The position numbers and the translations under genes were made by a program. A stretch of 64,000 nt of DNA from Lentisphaerae bacterium GWF2_45_14 (lineage in GTDB: Bacteria; Verrucomicrobiota; Lentisphaeria; Victivallales; GWF2-45-14): positions 15,439 to 79,438 of the forward strand of contig MHBG01000048.1 in assembly GCA_001804785.1 (NCBI GenBank). Reading direction: 5' to 3'. The notes beneath the pieces are model-generated. The model saw only the letters and a list, made by a program, of their open reading frames with translations. It made no database searches and had not been told where the DNA came from. Shown here piece after piece: positions 36,525-45,408 of the stretch. The first letter of the stretch is position 1; each line of letters starts with the position of its first letter.

Positions 36525-37174
36525 GAATGCTTCTCCATCATGATTGGTTTTCCGTATCTGCGCTCTATTGCCGCTTTCCTGCGGACGTCCTGTTCTTTTG
36601 TCATCAGGACAGGCGGCGAAGGTTGGTAATCAGGATTATGGACAATGTGTGTATCGGTTTTGCGTGAAAATTCGCTGGCGATGTTAATCCACATGCCGCG
36701 TTCGGATTTGTACAAATCCACTCTTTCTTCGAATTCGAGTTCCGCGTCTCCGAGTTCATTGTCTTTTTTCTGAATCACAGCGTGGAGATCGGCGGCAAGG
36801 TTTGCGAGGTGTTCGTTTCGTTTGATTATAATCTGGCGAAGGGTTTCTTCGATGCGGTTAAAGGCGGTGATGTAAGTTTCTTTAAATTGCGCGGCAGTTT
36901 TCCCTTTGAATCCCATGGCAAGAAAAACAAAGCCATCTTTCGTTAGGTTGTACATCGACGACTTTACTTCTTTGCCGAGATTGTTCTTCCACAAATATTC
37001 GGTCAGCTGAAAATTCAGCCAACCGAAATTTTGACTGCATTCCAGCTTTTCAATTGCCTGGATTACATTCTTGTGTTGCTTCCCAAAAATCTCAGCAATT
37101 TTCAAGCTTGTTGTCATGGGCTTGCTGTCAATGACCGTTACGGCATCGGCGGGGATAATGGTGATTTCATTCAT
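36521..37174 (-). CDS. rha: Rha family phage regulatory protein
   Basis: TTSLKIAEIFGKQHKNVIQAI...MYNLTKDGFVFLAMGFKG...FKETYITAFN. Confidence 0.92.
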   Translation of the reverse strand: MNEITIIPADAVTVIDSKPMTTSLKIAEIFGKQHKNVIQAIEKLECSQNFGWLNFQLTEYLWKNNLGKEVKSSMYNLTKDGFVFLAMGFKGKTAAQFKETYITAFNRIEETLRQIIIKRNEHLANLAADLHAVIQKKDNELGDAELEFEERVDLYKSERGMWINIASEFSRKTDTHIVHNPDYQPSPPVLMTKEQDVRRKAAIERRYGKPIMMEKHS

Positions 37175-37194
37175 TTTTGATTTACCTTAATCTA

Positions 37195-37395
37195 TTATTT
37201 GCCTTGATTTTGTTGTGTATTTACACAATTGCGGGCAAAAAAATTGCCTGTTATTTCCTCCCCATCAAAAAACCAAGATTTTCCGCCTTTAAGCTTCTTA
37301 CCCGGGAGTAGTCCTTTTCTACATTTATCCCTTACAGTAAAGGGAGTTATGCGCAAATATTCAGCTACATCATTAACTGTCCACATCTTGCTCAC
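37195..37395 (-). CDS. Excisionase/Cro-like HTH protein
   Basis: WTVNDVAEYLRITPFTVRDKCRKGLLPGKK...W; GTG start with AAGGAGGT RBS; divergent from the repressor. Confidence 0.8.
   Translation of the reverse strand: MSKMWTVNDVAEYLRITPFTVRDKCRKGLLPGKKLKGGKSWFFDGEEITGNFFARNCVNTQQNQGK
37214..37232. promoter_or_regulatory. Operator-like palindrome, copy 1
   Basis: TGTGTATTTACACAATTGC, identical to 37435-37453; core TGTGTA-TT-TACACA is dyad-symmetric. Confidence 0.6.
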
Positions 37396-37426
37396 GTTAT
37401 ACCTCCTTTCTGCTTTATTTCTCTAT

Positions 37427-37455
37427 ATTATAGCTGTGTATTTACACAATTGCAA
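37427..37455 (-). promoter_or_regulatory. Early (lytic) promoter with operator copy 2 in its spacer
   Basis: TTGCAA (37455-37450) - 17 nt - TATAAT (37432-37427); the palindrome lies between the boxes. Confidence 0.75.
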
Positions 37456-37485
37456 ACAAAAAACAACAAATTCTTATGTTTTTTA

Positions 37486-37514
37486 TTGAAAACCTCTGTA
37501 AATCAACGTAATAT
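37486..37514 (+). promoter_or_regulatory. Putative repressor promoter
   Basis: TTGAAA - 17 nt - TAATAT upstream of ATG 37551. Confidence 0.5.
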
Positions 37515-37550
37515 ATCTATTATAGACCATTGGGGGATCGAAGGATTGTT

Positions 37551-38201
37551 ATGCAAATAGATTCAAAAATTCGGAATGCGCTACAAAAAGCCGTTGATTC
37601 AACCGGAAGTATCTTGCAATTCAGCAAGAAAATTCGGGTTGCACACACAACCGTCAGGGATTGGCTACGTGGGAAAACACAAAAAATAACCCCAAACACA
37701 TGGGTACAAGTCGAACCTTTCCTGCGTCCGTACCTGCAAGAAGCAAAGCAAGCTTTTCGCTACGGCAAGGAAGATGAAAACAACGATCGTGAATTCAATA
37801 GGACTGAATATTGTGGGGCTGAGGTAAAAACTATTGATGACGAAATCAATCGCTTGCATTCACAAATCAAGCGGGAATTCAAGGGAAAACATGTTGATTT
37901 GCAATACCTTGAAGAACAATTGTTTGATAAGCTTGTAGATCAATTCGACGCCCGTAAAAAAGCTTTCCTGCGCCGCCTTGCCGAACTAGAAACAGGCCAA
38001 CCATCATCTTTTGTGGGGGCGGAGGGTACGGGGAAAGAGCCGAGGACGGCGGCAGAGGGGATAGAGAACGATCCATCCCTCACTCCCAGAGAAAAGAAAG
38101 CAATGCTTTTGAGATTGAGAGAACTTGAGCTTGACCGTCAATTCGGAATAGACGGCGATTCGAACGAAAATAACCCCACGTCCGGGGCGGTTGCAGGATA
38201 A
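37551..38201 (+). CDS. Putative prophage repressor (XRE-like HTH)
   Basis: ILQFSKKIRVAHTTVRDWLRGKTQKI; divergent from the early operon; AAGGA RBS. Confidence 0.7.
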   Translation: MQIDSKIRNALQKAVDSTGSILQFSKKIRVAHTTVRDWLRGKTQKITPNTWVQVEPFLRPYLQEAKQAFRYGKEDENNDREFNRTEYCGAEVKTIDDEINRLHSQIKREFKGKHVDLQYLEEQLFDKLVDQFDARKKAFLRRLAELETGQPSSFVGAEGTGKEPRTAAEGIENDPSLTPREKKAMLLRLRELELDRQFGIDGDSNENNPTSGAVAG

Positions 38202-38345
38202 TTGTGTTTGAAAATCAGCAGGAATCCGAGCAATCCGAACAATTGGAACTCTTTGAATTCGAATACGATAAGGATTTTTTTAGGCTCGTTTGAGCATAAG
38301 AAATATTAAAGATTAAGATGTAAAAAAGGCACACAGGAAAAAGGA

Positions 38346-38558
38346 ATGAGCAAAGAAGATGATGAGAATAAAACAGTAGCTTTGGAAAATAACAGAGGAT
38401 GCCGTGAGAAAATTATAGGAGCATTCGCTATCCTTTTCGTATTTTCAATTATTTATAACTGTCTCAAAAATTCTTCACACAATGATTTATTTATGGGGGC
38501 GTGGGTTATTATAGCAACATTTGCCGGCATTGTTTTGGTGCAGTATTTATTTAGATGA
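38346..38558 (+). CDS. Small two-TM membrane protein
   Basis: Two hydrophobic segments, AAGGA RBS, co-oriented with the repressor. Confidence 0.55.
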   Translation: MSKEDDENKTVALENNRGCREKIIGAFAILFVFSIIYNCLKNSSHNDLFMGAWVIIATFAGIVLVQYLFR

Positions 38559-38574
38559 ATCACATTGTTTTTAC

Positions 38575-38905
38575 CCCTTTAAAAATCATCTAAAAAAGAC
38601 CATCAAAAACCTCTCTAAAAAACACTCTAAATTGACCCGTCAACCCACCCGTCAACGCATTTTCCTCTTTTCTCCATTTTTCGACACTGTTTAAAAAATG
38701 TTCCCGGATTACATGTCAACGGTGTCAACGCTTTTTCCGGCAGGTGTCAACATATACGCCCTGTTAACGTCTTCTTAAAATCATAACTCCTTAATTATCA
38801 ACCTTGTTGACATGTTAACATGTAATTACTATAAATTTATTTTATTTTATATTTTATATATTTATATATATTATATAGAGAGCAGACGTCTACGGCGTCT
38901 ACAAG
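38575..38905. repeat. Iteron-like repeat cluster with AT-only tract (candidate phage replication origin)
   Basis: Ten GT(C/T)(A/G/T)AC hexamers at 38639, 38651, 38715, 38724, 38746, 38763, 38806, 38814, 38888 and 38897; 48 bp of pure A/T at 38830-38877; phased A-tracts at 38581-38630. Confidence 0.65.
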
Positions 38906-39185
38906 CTCAAAGTCGTTAAATATTTAACAAGTAGTGCCGGATAGTAAAATGACTCTTTTTGAGACCCTGTTTTTCATATCATTCCTGAACCATGAAAAAC
39001 GATAAAATTTGCTCTTCTTTTTTGAGACGTAAAACCCGACCTGTTTTCAAAGCTTGTCTTTCACTTTTTGCGATTCATGCAAGACAACGAACCTTGTCGA
39101 TGTTTTTTGAAAATCAAATCCCGAAAACGATCCCGGCAGTCTTTAAACTCTTACCCTCGGCATTATTTTTAAGTTTTTTCTGGAT

Positions 39186-39253
39186 AAAGTTACTCAAAAG
39201 TTACCCAATGCTATATTTTTAGGGTATCTTGAGTTATGCGTAAGTCGTTAATC
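39186..39253. promoter_or_regulatory. Attachment-site flank: arm-type-like tandem repeat and IHF-like box
   Basis: AAAGTTACTCA/AAAGTTACCCA (39186-39207); minus-strand GATTAACGACTTA (39253-39241) resembles WATCAANNNNTTR and lies just past the tRNA CCA. Confidence 0.5.
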
Positions 39254-39260
39254 ATCAAGC

Positions 39261-39338
39261 TGGGGTGGATGAGGGGACTCGAACCCCCGGCCTTCTGGGC
39301 CACAACCAGACGCTCTAACCAACTGAGCTACAACCACC
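39261..39338 (-). tRNA. tRNA-His (GTG)
   Basis: GGTGGTTGTAGCTCAGTTGGTTAGAGCG-TCTGG-TTGTGGC-CCAGA...GGTTCGAGTCC...CCACCCCA; G-1:C73 pair; encoded CCA. Confidence 0.97.
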
Positions 39339-39429
39339 ATAAAAAGGAGCCAATAAACTAGCCTTGATTCGGAATATTTCAATCAGCAAATCGAAAAGCT
39401 TCTTAAAAAAGTTTTCAGCCTTGTTGTGA

Positions 39430-41343
39430 TTATCCTACGGAAGAGCCGCTGTCGATTTCGCCGTCTACGGTGATGAGTTTGAGTCCCTTGCCCTTTTTTG
39501 CGGCAAGAAGCATTCCCTGCGAGTCAATGCCGCGTATTTTTGCGGATTTCAGATTTGCCACGACGACTATGGTCTTGCCTATTATCTCTTCCGGAGTGTA
39601 ATACTGTGCCACGCCTGCGACTATCTGGCGTTTTTCGCCGCCGATGTCTATCTGGAGTTTTAGCAGTTTGTCGGCGCCATCTATTTTTTCAGCATGGACG
39701 ACTTTTGCCGTTTTAAGCTGCGTTTTGAAGAAGTCGTCGATGCTTACAAGCCCGGCATCGGAATCAGGTGTCTGCGCTTGACTCTGCGGAGCGGTCTCCG
39801 GCGCTTTTTCTGTTATGCATATCCTTTGGAAGAGGGAGCCGGAGTCATTCATCTTGGAGCCAGGGACGAGTCCGCCCCATTTTTCAAGTTCTTTCATATT
39901 TACCTCCGGAGTGTTTATCCCGAGTGCTTTCCTAAGTTCCGTCATTTTTGACGGCATAATCGGGTACAGGAGTACGGAAACAAATCTGAGTGCTTCTGCG
40001 GCGGTGTACATCACTGTTCCGAGTCGTTCGGTATCGCCTGATTTAGCGAGGGTCCAGGGTGCGGTTTTTTCGATGTAGCGGTTTCCTGCTCTTACCGCGT
40101 TCATGACTTCTTCTATTCCGCTGTTGAGTTTCATTCCCGGAACGGCCGACTTCATTACTTCTACGGCCTTGATTGCGGCACTTTTCAATTCTTTATCGTC
40201 ATCATTCTCTTCTGTGGGGGAGGGGATTATTCCGCCGAACTGTTTGACGGTCATTTTGACTATGCGACTGAGGAGGTTGCCGAGGTCGTTGGCAAGATTG
40301 CTGTTGTATTTTTCGATGAATGCGTCTTCGGAAAACGAAGCGTCCTGTCCGAGTGACATTTCGGCGAGCAGGAAGAATCTGAACGCATCTACACCGTATC
40401 TTTCAGCCATTTCCATCGGATTGACGACATTGCCGAGGGACTTGCTCATCTTATTCTGTCCGGTCAGCCACCAGCCGTGGGCAAAAATAGACTCCGGCAT
40501 TTCGACTCCGATAGCCTTGAGCATTGTGGGCCAGTAAACGGTGTGTGTGGTAAGTATGTCTTTGCCTATGAGATGAAATGAGGCGGGCCACCACTTTTTG
40601 AATTCTGCGTCGTTGCTGCCGTAGCCTGCCCCGGATATGTAGTTTACGAGCGCGTCGAACCAGACGTAGCACACGTAATCTTTATCGAATGGCAGTTCAA
40701 TGCCCCAGGCGAGGCGTGATTTAGGTCTTGATATGCAGAGGTCGGCGAGAGGTTTTTTTAGGAAGCCCAGGGTTTCATTGGCTCTATAGTCGGGCAGTAT
40801 GAATTTCGGGTGTTCCTTGATGTAGTCGATGAGCCATTGCTGGTACTGTCCCATTTTGAAGAAGTAGTTGGACTCCACTATTTCGTTTGTTGGTCGTCCG
40901 CATTCAGGGCATGTTTTTTCTTCATTGAGGTCTTTATCTGTAAAGAACCTTTCGCATGGCACGCAATAGCAGCCTTTATATTCGGCCTTGTATATGAGGT
41001 CTCTGTCATAGAGATCCTGAAGGATTTTGCGGACAACGTTTTTGTGGCGAGCTTCGGTCGTTCTGATGAAGTCGTCGTTGCTTATGCCGAGTTTTTCCCA
41101 GAGTTCCTGAAAGCGGACGACGGTTGTATCGCACTGTTCCTGCTCGGTCATTCCGTGTTCGACCGCGGCCTTCTGTACTTTCTGTCCATGCTCGTCTGTT
41201 CCGGTGAGGAAGAATGTTGCGTCGCCGTTCATCCTGTGGTATCTGGAGAGAACGTCGGCGAGTATTGTTGTATAGGCGTGGCCTATGTGTGGTTTATCGT
41301 TGACATAGTATATCGGAGTGGTTACGTAAAATTTTTCTGACAT
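39430..41343 (-). CDS. metG: Methionyl-tRNA synthetase with C-terminal tRNA-binding domain
   Basis: TTPIYYVNDKPHIGH, CVPC/CPEC knuckle, YVWFDAL, KMSKS, C-terminal Trbp/OB domain. Confidence 0.97.
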   Translation of the reverse strand: MSEKFYVTTPIYYVNDKPHIGHAYTTILADVLSRYHRMNGDATFFLTGTDEHGQKVQKAAVEHGMTEQEQCDTTVVRFQELWEKLGISNDDFIRTTEARHKNVVRKILQDLYDRDLIYKAEYKGCYCVPCERFFTDKDLNEEKTCPECGRPTNEIVESNYFFKMGQYQQWLIDYIKEHPKFILPDYRANETLGFLKKPLADLCISRPKSRLAWGIELPFDKDYVCYVWFDALVNYISGAGYGSNDAEFKKWWPASFHLIGKDILTTHTVYWPTMLKAIGVEMPESIFAHGWWLTGQNKMSKSLGNVVNPMEMAERYGVDAFRFFLLAEMSLGQDASFSEDAFIEKYNSNLANDLGNLLSRIVKMTVKQFGGIIPSPTEENDDDKELKSAAIKAVEVMKSAVPGMKLNSGIEEVMNAVRAGNRYIEKTAPWTLAKSGDTERLGTVMYTAAEALRFVSVLLYPIMPSKMTELRKALGINTPEVNMKELEKWGGLVPGSKMNDSGSLFQRICITEKAPETAPQSQAQTPDSDAGLVSIDDFFKTQLKTAKVVHAEKIDGADKLLKLQIDIGGEKRQIVAGVAQYYTPEEIIGKTIVVVANLKSAKIRGIDSQGMLLAAKKGKGLKLITVDGEIDSGSSVG

Positions 41344-41403
41344 GAAGAATTCCTTTGTTCTGAATAAAAATACCTTTTTAAAGTAAACTCTTTCAGCGAT
41401 AAA

Positions 41404-42606
41404 TCAATCGTATTTTCTGAGCTTTGGCGGTTTGATATATATCGAAAGTCCCGTCAGTACAAGTGTTACGGCGAGAGCCGTGACCAGGATGGTAAATGCG
41501 TCGGACGCCCTGACGTATTTGAGCAGCAGTCCGCCTATTGCCGCAGTGGCGGCGGCGCCTCCCATCTGCATGGTGCCAAGCATTGAGGAGGCGGCCCCTG
41601 ATATGTGTCTGAACTGGTCGAGCCCTATTTTGGTTGAGATTGGGATTGACAGTCCGAACGCAAAGCTGAAGATTGCCGCGGCTGCAAGTATGGTTGCGGC
41701 ATTGTTCGTTCCACAGATGATTCGGGTTCCTATCAGCAGAGTGCCTGCCGTGGCTGATATCAGTGTTATGATCAGCACCGTGTTTTTTCTGCTGCTTATC
41801 CTATAAATAGGGCTTGATACTGCCCGTCCGGCTATAAGTGTGGATACTAGCGGTATATACGTCAGTCCGAACTCAACAGGGCTGTAATTGAACTCCCCCA
41901 TAAATATAAAGGGACCTAGTGTGAGATAAATGCCCTGTATTCCAAAAAATATCATATTAGGGATGGCTGCCGACATAAAGGTCCTGTCAAGGAGCATCTT
42001 AAAATAATTTTTGATGGTCTGCGCTATTTCCAGTGAGTATCTTTTTTCGGGGGGATTTGTTTCTTTGAGCCTTAAATACGCGTAAAAGAAGGAGACGATA
42101 CAGCAGGCGGACGATATTATGAATGTAATTTTCCAGTTAAAATACTGGGTTATTAGTCCGCCTGCAAAAGGTGCGGCAATCGGGACAAGTGCGGAGATTA
42201 TTCCCGTGATTCCGAGGATTGACACAATTTTGTCTTCAGGGTAGGCATCTCTTATCACTGCGCGGCTCGTAACGGGGATGGTGCTTGTGCCTATTGCCTG
42301 GACAATTCTGCCTGCGATGAGTATGGAAATCCCGTTCGCAAACATGCATATTGTCGAACCTGCGGCCACTGTTATCAGTCCGGCGAGTATCAGCGGGCGC
42401 CTCCCGAAACTGTCAGAAAGAGGCCCCATGAAAATATTGGAGATGGCGAGGCCCAGGAAGTATACGGTCATTGTTGCGCTTATAGCGGCCTCCGACGCTC
42501 CGAAGTCCGCAGCGATTGCGGGCATTGCGGGCTGATATAGACTACCCGCCAGTCTTACAGCCGATGTTGCAAGGATTAGTGCTATTGTGAGATATCTGAG
42601 TTCCAA
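41404..42606 (-). CDS. Bcr/CflA-type MFS efflux transporter
   Basis: LYQPAMPAIAADF, GPLSDSFGRRP, about 12 hydrophobic segments. Confidence 0.88.
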   Translation of the reverse strand: MELRYLTIALILATSAVRLAGSLYQPAMPAIAADFGASEAAISATMTVYFLGLAISNIFMGPLSDSFGRRPLILAGLITVAAGSTICMFANGISILIAGRIVQAIGTSTIPVTSRAVIRDAYPEDKIVSILGITGIISALVPIAAPFAGGLITQYFNWKITFIISSACCIVSFFYAYLRLKETNPPEKRYSLEIAQTIKNYFKMLLDRTFMSAAIPNMIFFGIQGIYLTLGPFIFMGEFNYSPVEFGLTYIPLVSTLIAGRAVSSPIYRISSRKNTVLIITLISATAGTLLIGTRIICGTNNAATILAAAAIFSFAFGLSIPISTKIGLDQFRHISGAASSMLGTMQMGGAAATAAIGGLLLKYVRASDAFTILVTALAVTLVLTGLSIYIKPPKLRKYD

Positions 42607-42608
42607 AA

Positions 42609-43508
42609 TTATCGGGCTTTCTTTTCTCTTACGAGTATTACCGCCAGCTTGAATATTTCGGCGGAGACATTTACAGGACAGCAGCTTTCAATTCCTGCAA
42701 AGCCTGGGGAGGCGTTTATTTCGCAGATGGTAAAACCCTTTGCAGTGAAAAGGAGATCGACCCCGGCAACCCTGAGACCGAGCGCCTCGGCGGCTTTTAT
42801 CCCGAGCGTTTTTATCTCTTCCGTCATGGGATAGTCCTCTACCGAGCCTCCCAGCGAAAAGTTTGCTCTGAAATCGCTGCTGTGGGCCTTTCTGCACATA
42901 CACGCGATAGCCTTGCCGTCAACGACAATCACGCGCAGGTCTTTCCCACTGCTTTCCTTTATGAATTCCTGTGCTATCATGTTAGTTCCCGGAGCCGTTG
43001 CATGCAGGAGCTGAAGAATGCTGCGGCATTCCTCTTCCGTTTTTACCATTATAACGCCGGAGCCTTTGGCCCCTGTCAGGATTTTAAGTACGGCCGGGAA
43101 GCCGATGGTATCTTTTATTGCGGGGATGGATTCTTCGCCGTTGACAAGGATTGTCTTGGGAAAGGGCAGTTTGGCCCGTGACAGTATCTGACAGGAGAGA
43201 AATTTATCATTTGCGGCAAGAACTGCGTTTTGCGGATTTACGCATGGGATATTGAGCTTTTCCATTTCCAACATGAGGGCCAGGGCATTGTAGTGATGAT
43301 CCTTCATTATGCTAAGGTAGAGGAAATCCGGAAAGGCTGCTTTTGAGCCATCGTAATATATTGAGCTTGTTCTACTGTCATCCACGCATATTTCCGTCAG
43401 TGCCGGGTCAATCATCTTAAGTTCTATTCCGGCAGCGGCGGCATTTTGCTGTCCTCGTTCCCATTCCAATGGTACTTTTCCGCTGTAAATAACCCACCCG
43501 GTCAACAT
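42609..43508 (-). CDS. RimK-family ATP-grasp ligase
   Basis: ANDKF, GAKGSGV, QEFI, DLRVIVV, FRANFSLGG, GVDLL, EINASPGF. Confidence 0.9.
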   Translation of the reverse strand: MLTGWVIYSGKVPLEWERGQQNAAAAGIELKMIDPALTEICVDDSRTSSIYYDGSKAAFPDFLYLSIMKDHHYNALALMLEMEKLNIPCVNPQNAVLAANDKFLSCQILSRAKLPFPKTILVNGEESIPAIKDTIGFPAVLKILTGAKGSGVIMVKTEEECRSILQLLHATAPGTNMIAQEFIKESSGKDLRVIVVDGKAIACMCRKAHSSDFRANFSLGGSVEDYPMTEEIKTLGIKAAEALGLRVAGVDLLFTAKGFTICEINASPGFAGIESCCPVNVSAEIFKLAVILVREKKAR

Positions 43509-43527
43509 TTTCTACCCGTCCTTGTCT

Positions 43528-44994
43528 TTAATATGGGATTACCATGTCATTGCATTTTTTTACATAATCTCTAAGCTCTATGGCCGAGGTGCTGTCGAGC
43601 ATAATTTTATCATATTCTATTATTTTCGGAGTTACGTAGGTGTAGGCGGCATACCAGCGGCTCTGGCTGTGTGGGTAAATCCCTGAAAAGAAGAAGCCTT
43701 GGTCTGCGAGTCCCTCCGCGGTATCTGCGAATGCCGCATCCCACAAAGGTAAATAGAGATAGAACGACTGTATTCCGCGGGCGGCAAGATCGAAGCGTTC
43801 TTTTTTTATGTTGGCATAAAAGTTTCTGCCCTTACGTTGGACTCTGATAAAAACAACCTTGTAGAGGTCATTGCACGAGGATGTCATTTCTGTTTCCTGT
43901 ATCAATTGCGGGATAGAGGATGGCTGTTTCTCTTCGATGTCGTATCCGGCTGCCGACAGGATTTTTAATATGATTTCGCTGTGTTCGGGCGGGGGGAATA
44001 TTTCGGTCTGGATTTTTTCTTTGAAACTTACGCAGGAGATCAGAAGGCTTTCGCGTTCACGTGCCGCGACGTTCATTGAACTGAATGCGGCTTGGTCATG
44101 GTAGGCGAGTTGAAGAGCTGTGGGGGTTACTTTAAACAGTTCTCCGATTTTCTGTGACTGCGTATGCGCCGTCACAAACTTGAATATGTAAAGATTCTCT
44201 TTGTTTTTATCGGCATATTTGCGTGCCGCTCTTAACAGCTTCAGCAGGCAGAGACTCTGTCTGTAGCGCGGGTCTATCATTACGACCCCGAACTCTATTA
44301 CGCCCGGATCGTCTTTTTCCGTCAGCGCACCAACGTGCCCTACGAGTTCTTCGTTATGATTGAATGCACCGATGGAGGTCATTTTCCCTGACTGGATGTA
44401 GTTTTCCACGGCATCGGGATAATAAAAATCGTCTTTGGAATAGGTGTACCTGTAAGTTCTGTACGACAGTTGGACTATCTGGTAGGCCTCCTCCGGCTCC
44501 AGTTGTCGTACAGTGAAAGAAGGATGGCTCTTTGACGTATCGTCATGCTTTTCTTCATTTTGCAGGCTGAAGTCATTAGGGTTAACAGGACTTGAAAGCT
44601 TTTTGAAGAGGATTGTTTCCCATCCGCCGGAACCTTTATTTTTGAATTCAAAACGGTCGGAGAGTTTCCTCATAAGGTAGAGTCTGAGGCCGAATATGGA
44701 CTCCTCCGGATGTTCCGTGTCATAATCGGGGAGCTTTTTGAGATCAATTGGCATTCCTTTGTCCTGCAGGGTTATTTCGATGCCATTGTCACTGAACGCG
44801 CAGCTTATTTCAATGAACCCTCCGGCATCGAAGCCGGAAAATCTTTCTATGGTGCCTGCCGCCGCTTCTTCTACGGCCAGCATCATTTCCTGGGATTCTT
44901 TCTCATTGGCTCCGTAGTATTGCATCGTATTTTTTACGAATGGCAGCAATATCTCAAGTACGCTCAGGTTGCATGGTATACTAATTGTAATCAT
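43528..44994 (-). CDS. RsbW-like HATPase domain fused to GNAT-like domain(s)
   Basis: LAVEEA, DKGMP and GLRLYLMRKLSD in the N-terminus; EFGVVMIDPRYRQ and VTAHTQSQK in the C-terminal part. Confidence 0.7.
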   Translation of the reverse strand: MITISIPCNLSVLEILLPFVKNTMQYYGANEKESQEMMLAVEEAAAGTIERFSGFDAGGFIEISCAFSDNGIEITLQDKGMPIDLKKLPDYDTEHPEESIFGLRLYLMRKLSDRFEFKNKGSGGWETILFKKLSSPVNPNDFSLQNEEKHDDTSKSHPSFTVRQLEPEEAYQIVQLSYRTYRYTYSKDDFYYPDAVENYIQSGKMTSIGAFNHNEELVGHVGALTEKDDPGVIEFGVVMIDPRYRQSLCLLKLLRAARKYADKNKENLYIFKFVTAHTQSQKIGELFKVTPTALQLAYHDQAAFSSMNVAARERESLLISCVSFKEKIQTEIFPPPEHSEIILKILSAAGYDIEEKQPSSIPQLIQETEMTSSCNDLYKVVFIRVQRKGRNFYANIKKERFDLAARGIQSFYLYLPLWDAAFADTAEGLADQGFFFSGIYPHSQSRWYAAYTYVTPKIIEYDKIMLDSTSAIELRDYVKKCNDMVIPY

Positions 44995-45408
44995 AAAGAC
45001 CTTATATTCTTTGAATTTGTGTAAGCTATGAAAATAGTCAGGGTTTAACTTCGTTCAAGTCTCTCTTTAAAAAATGATTCATTGATGGCTTTTAAAATAT
45101 TTATTCTCATAAGGTTTTAATTTTTTTATGGTATTTGCTTTTTATTTTAAATAACACTCGGCTCTGGGTATGCTTTTCTTGCTTTAAGAATGATTCAAAA
45201 AATCAATAGAGCAATGTCCATTTTCTTAAGCGAATCCAAATCTACTTTGGAATTGAGGACAAGGCAACAGCGTAAAGTTATCAGGATGAATAACAAAGCT
45301 TCGTCTATAATTTTACGACATTTTACTACACTTCTTTACATGTTCGGCAAGGTACACTAGAATATCCGCATATATAATAGGGGATGAATTTTATTCGGGG
45401 GAGTTCTA

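Larger units (their letters stand above)
1..39260. mobile_element. Prophage, podovirus-like, integrated at the 3' end of tRNA-His; left part lies outside the window
   Basis: Continuous run of terminase, tail/ejection, primase-helicase, recombination, Rha and repressor genes ending at the tRNA CCA end; housekeeping genes begin on the other side of the tRNA. Confidence 0.93.

Noticed and set aside
38630-38905. CRISPR array
   Set aside because: Repeats are 6-9 bp, irregularly spaced and in both orientations; no cas genes.
38992-39222. 76-aa ORF as an integrase remnant
   Set aside because: No tyrosine- or serine-recombinase motifs, no clear RBS, and it overlaps the att-flank repeats.
1-39260. 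Stop-codon reassignment in the phage
   Set aside because: Genes are long, tightly packed and end properly in the standard code.
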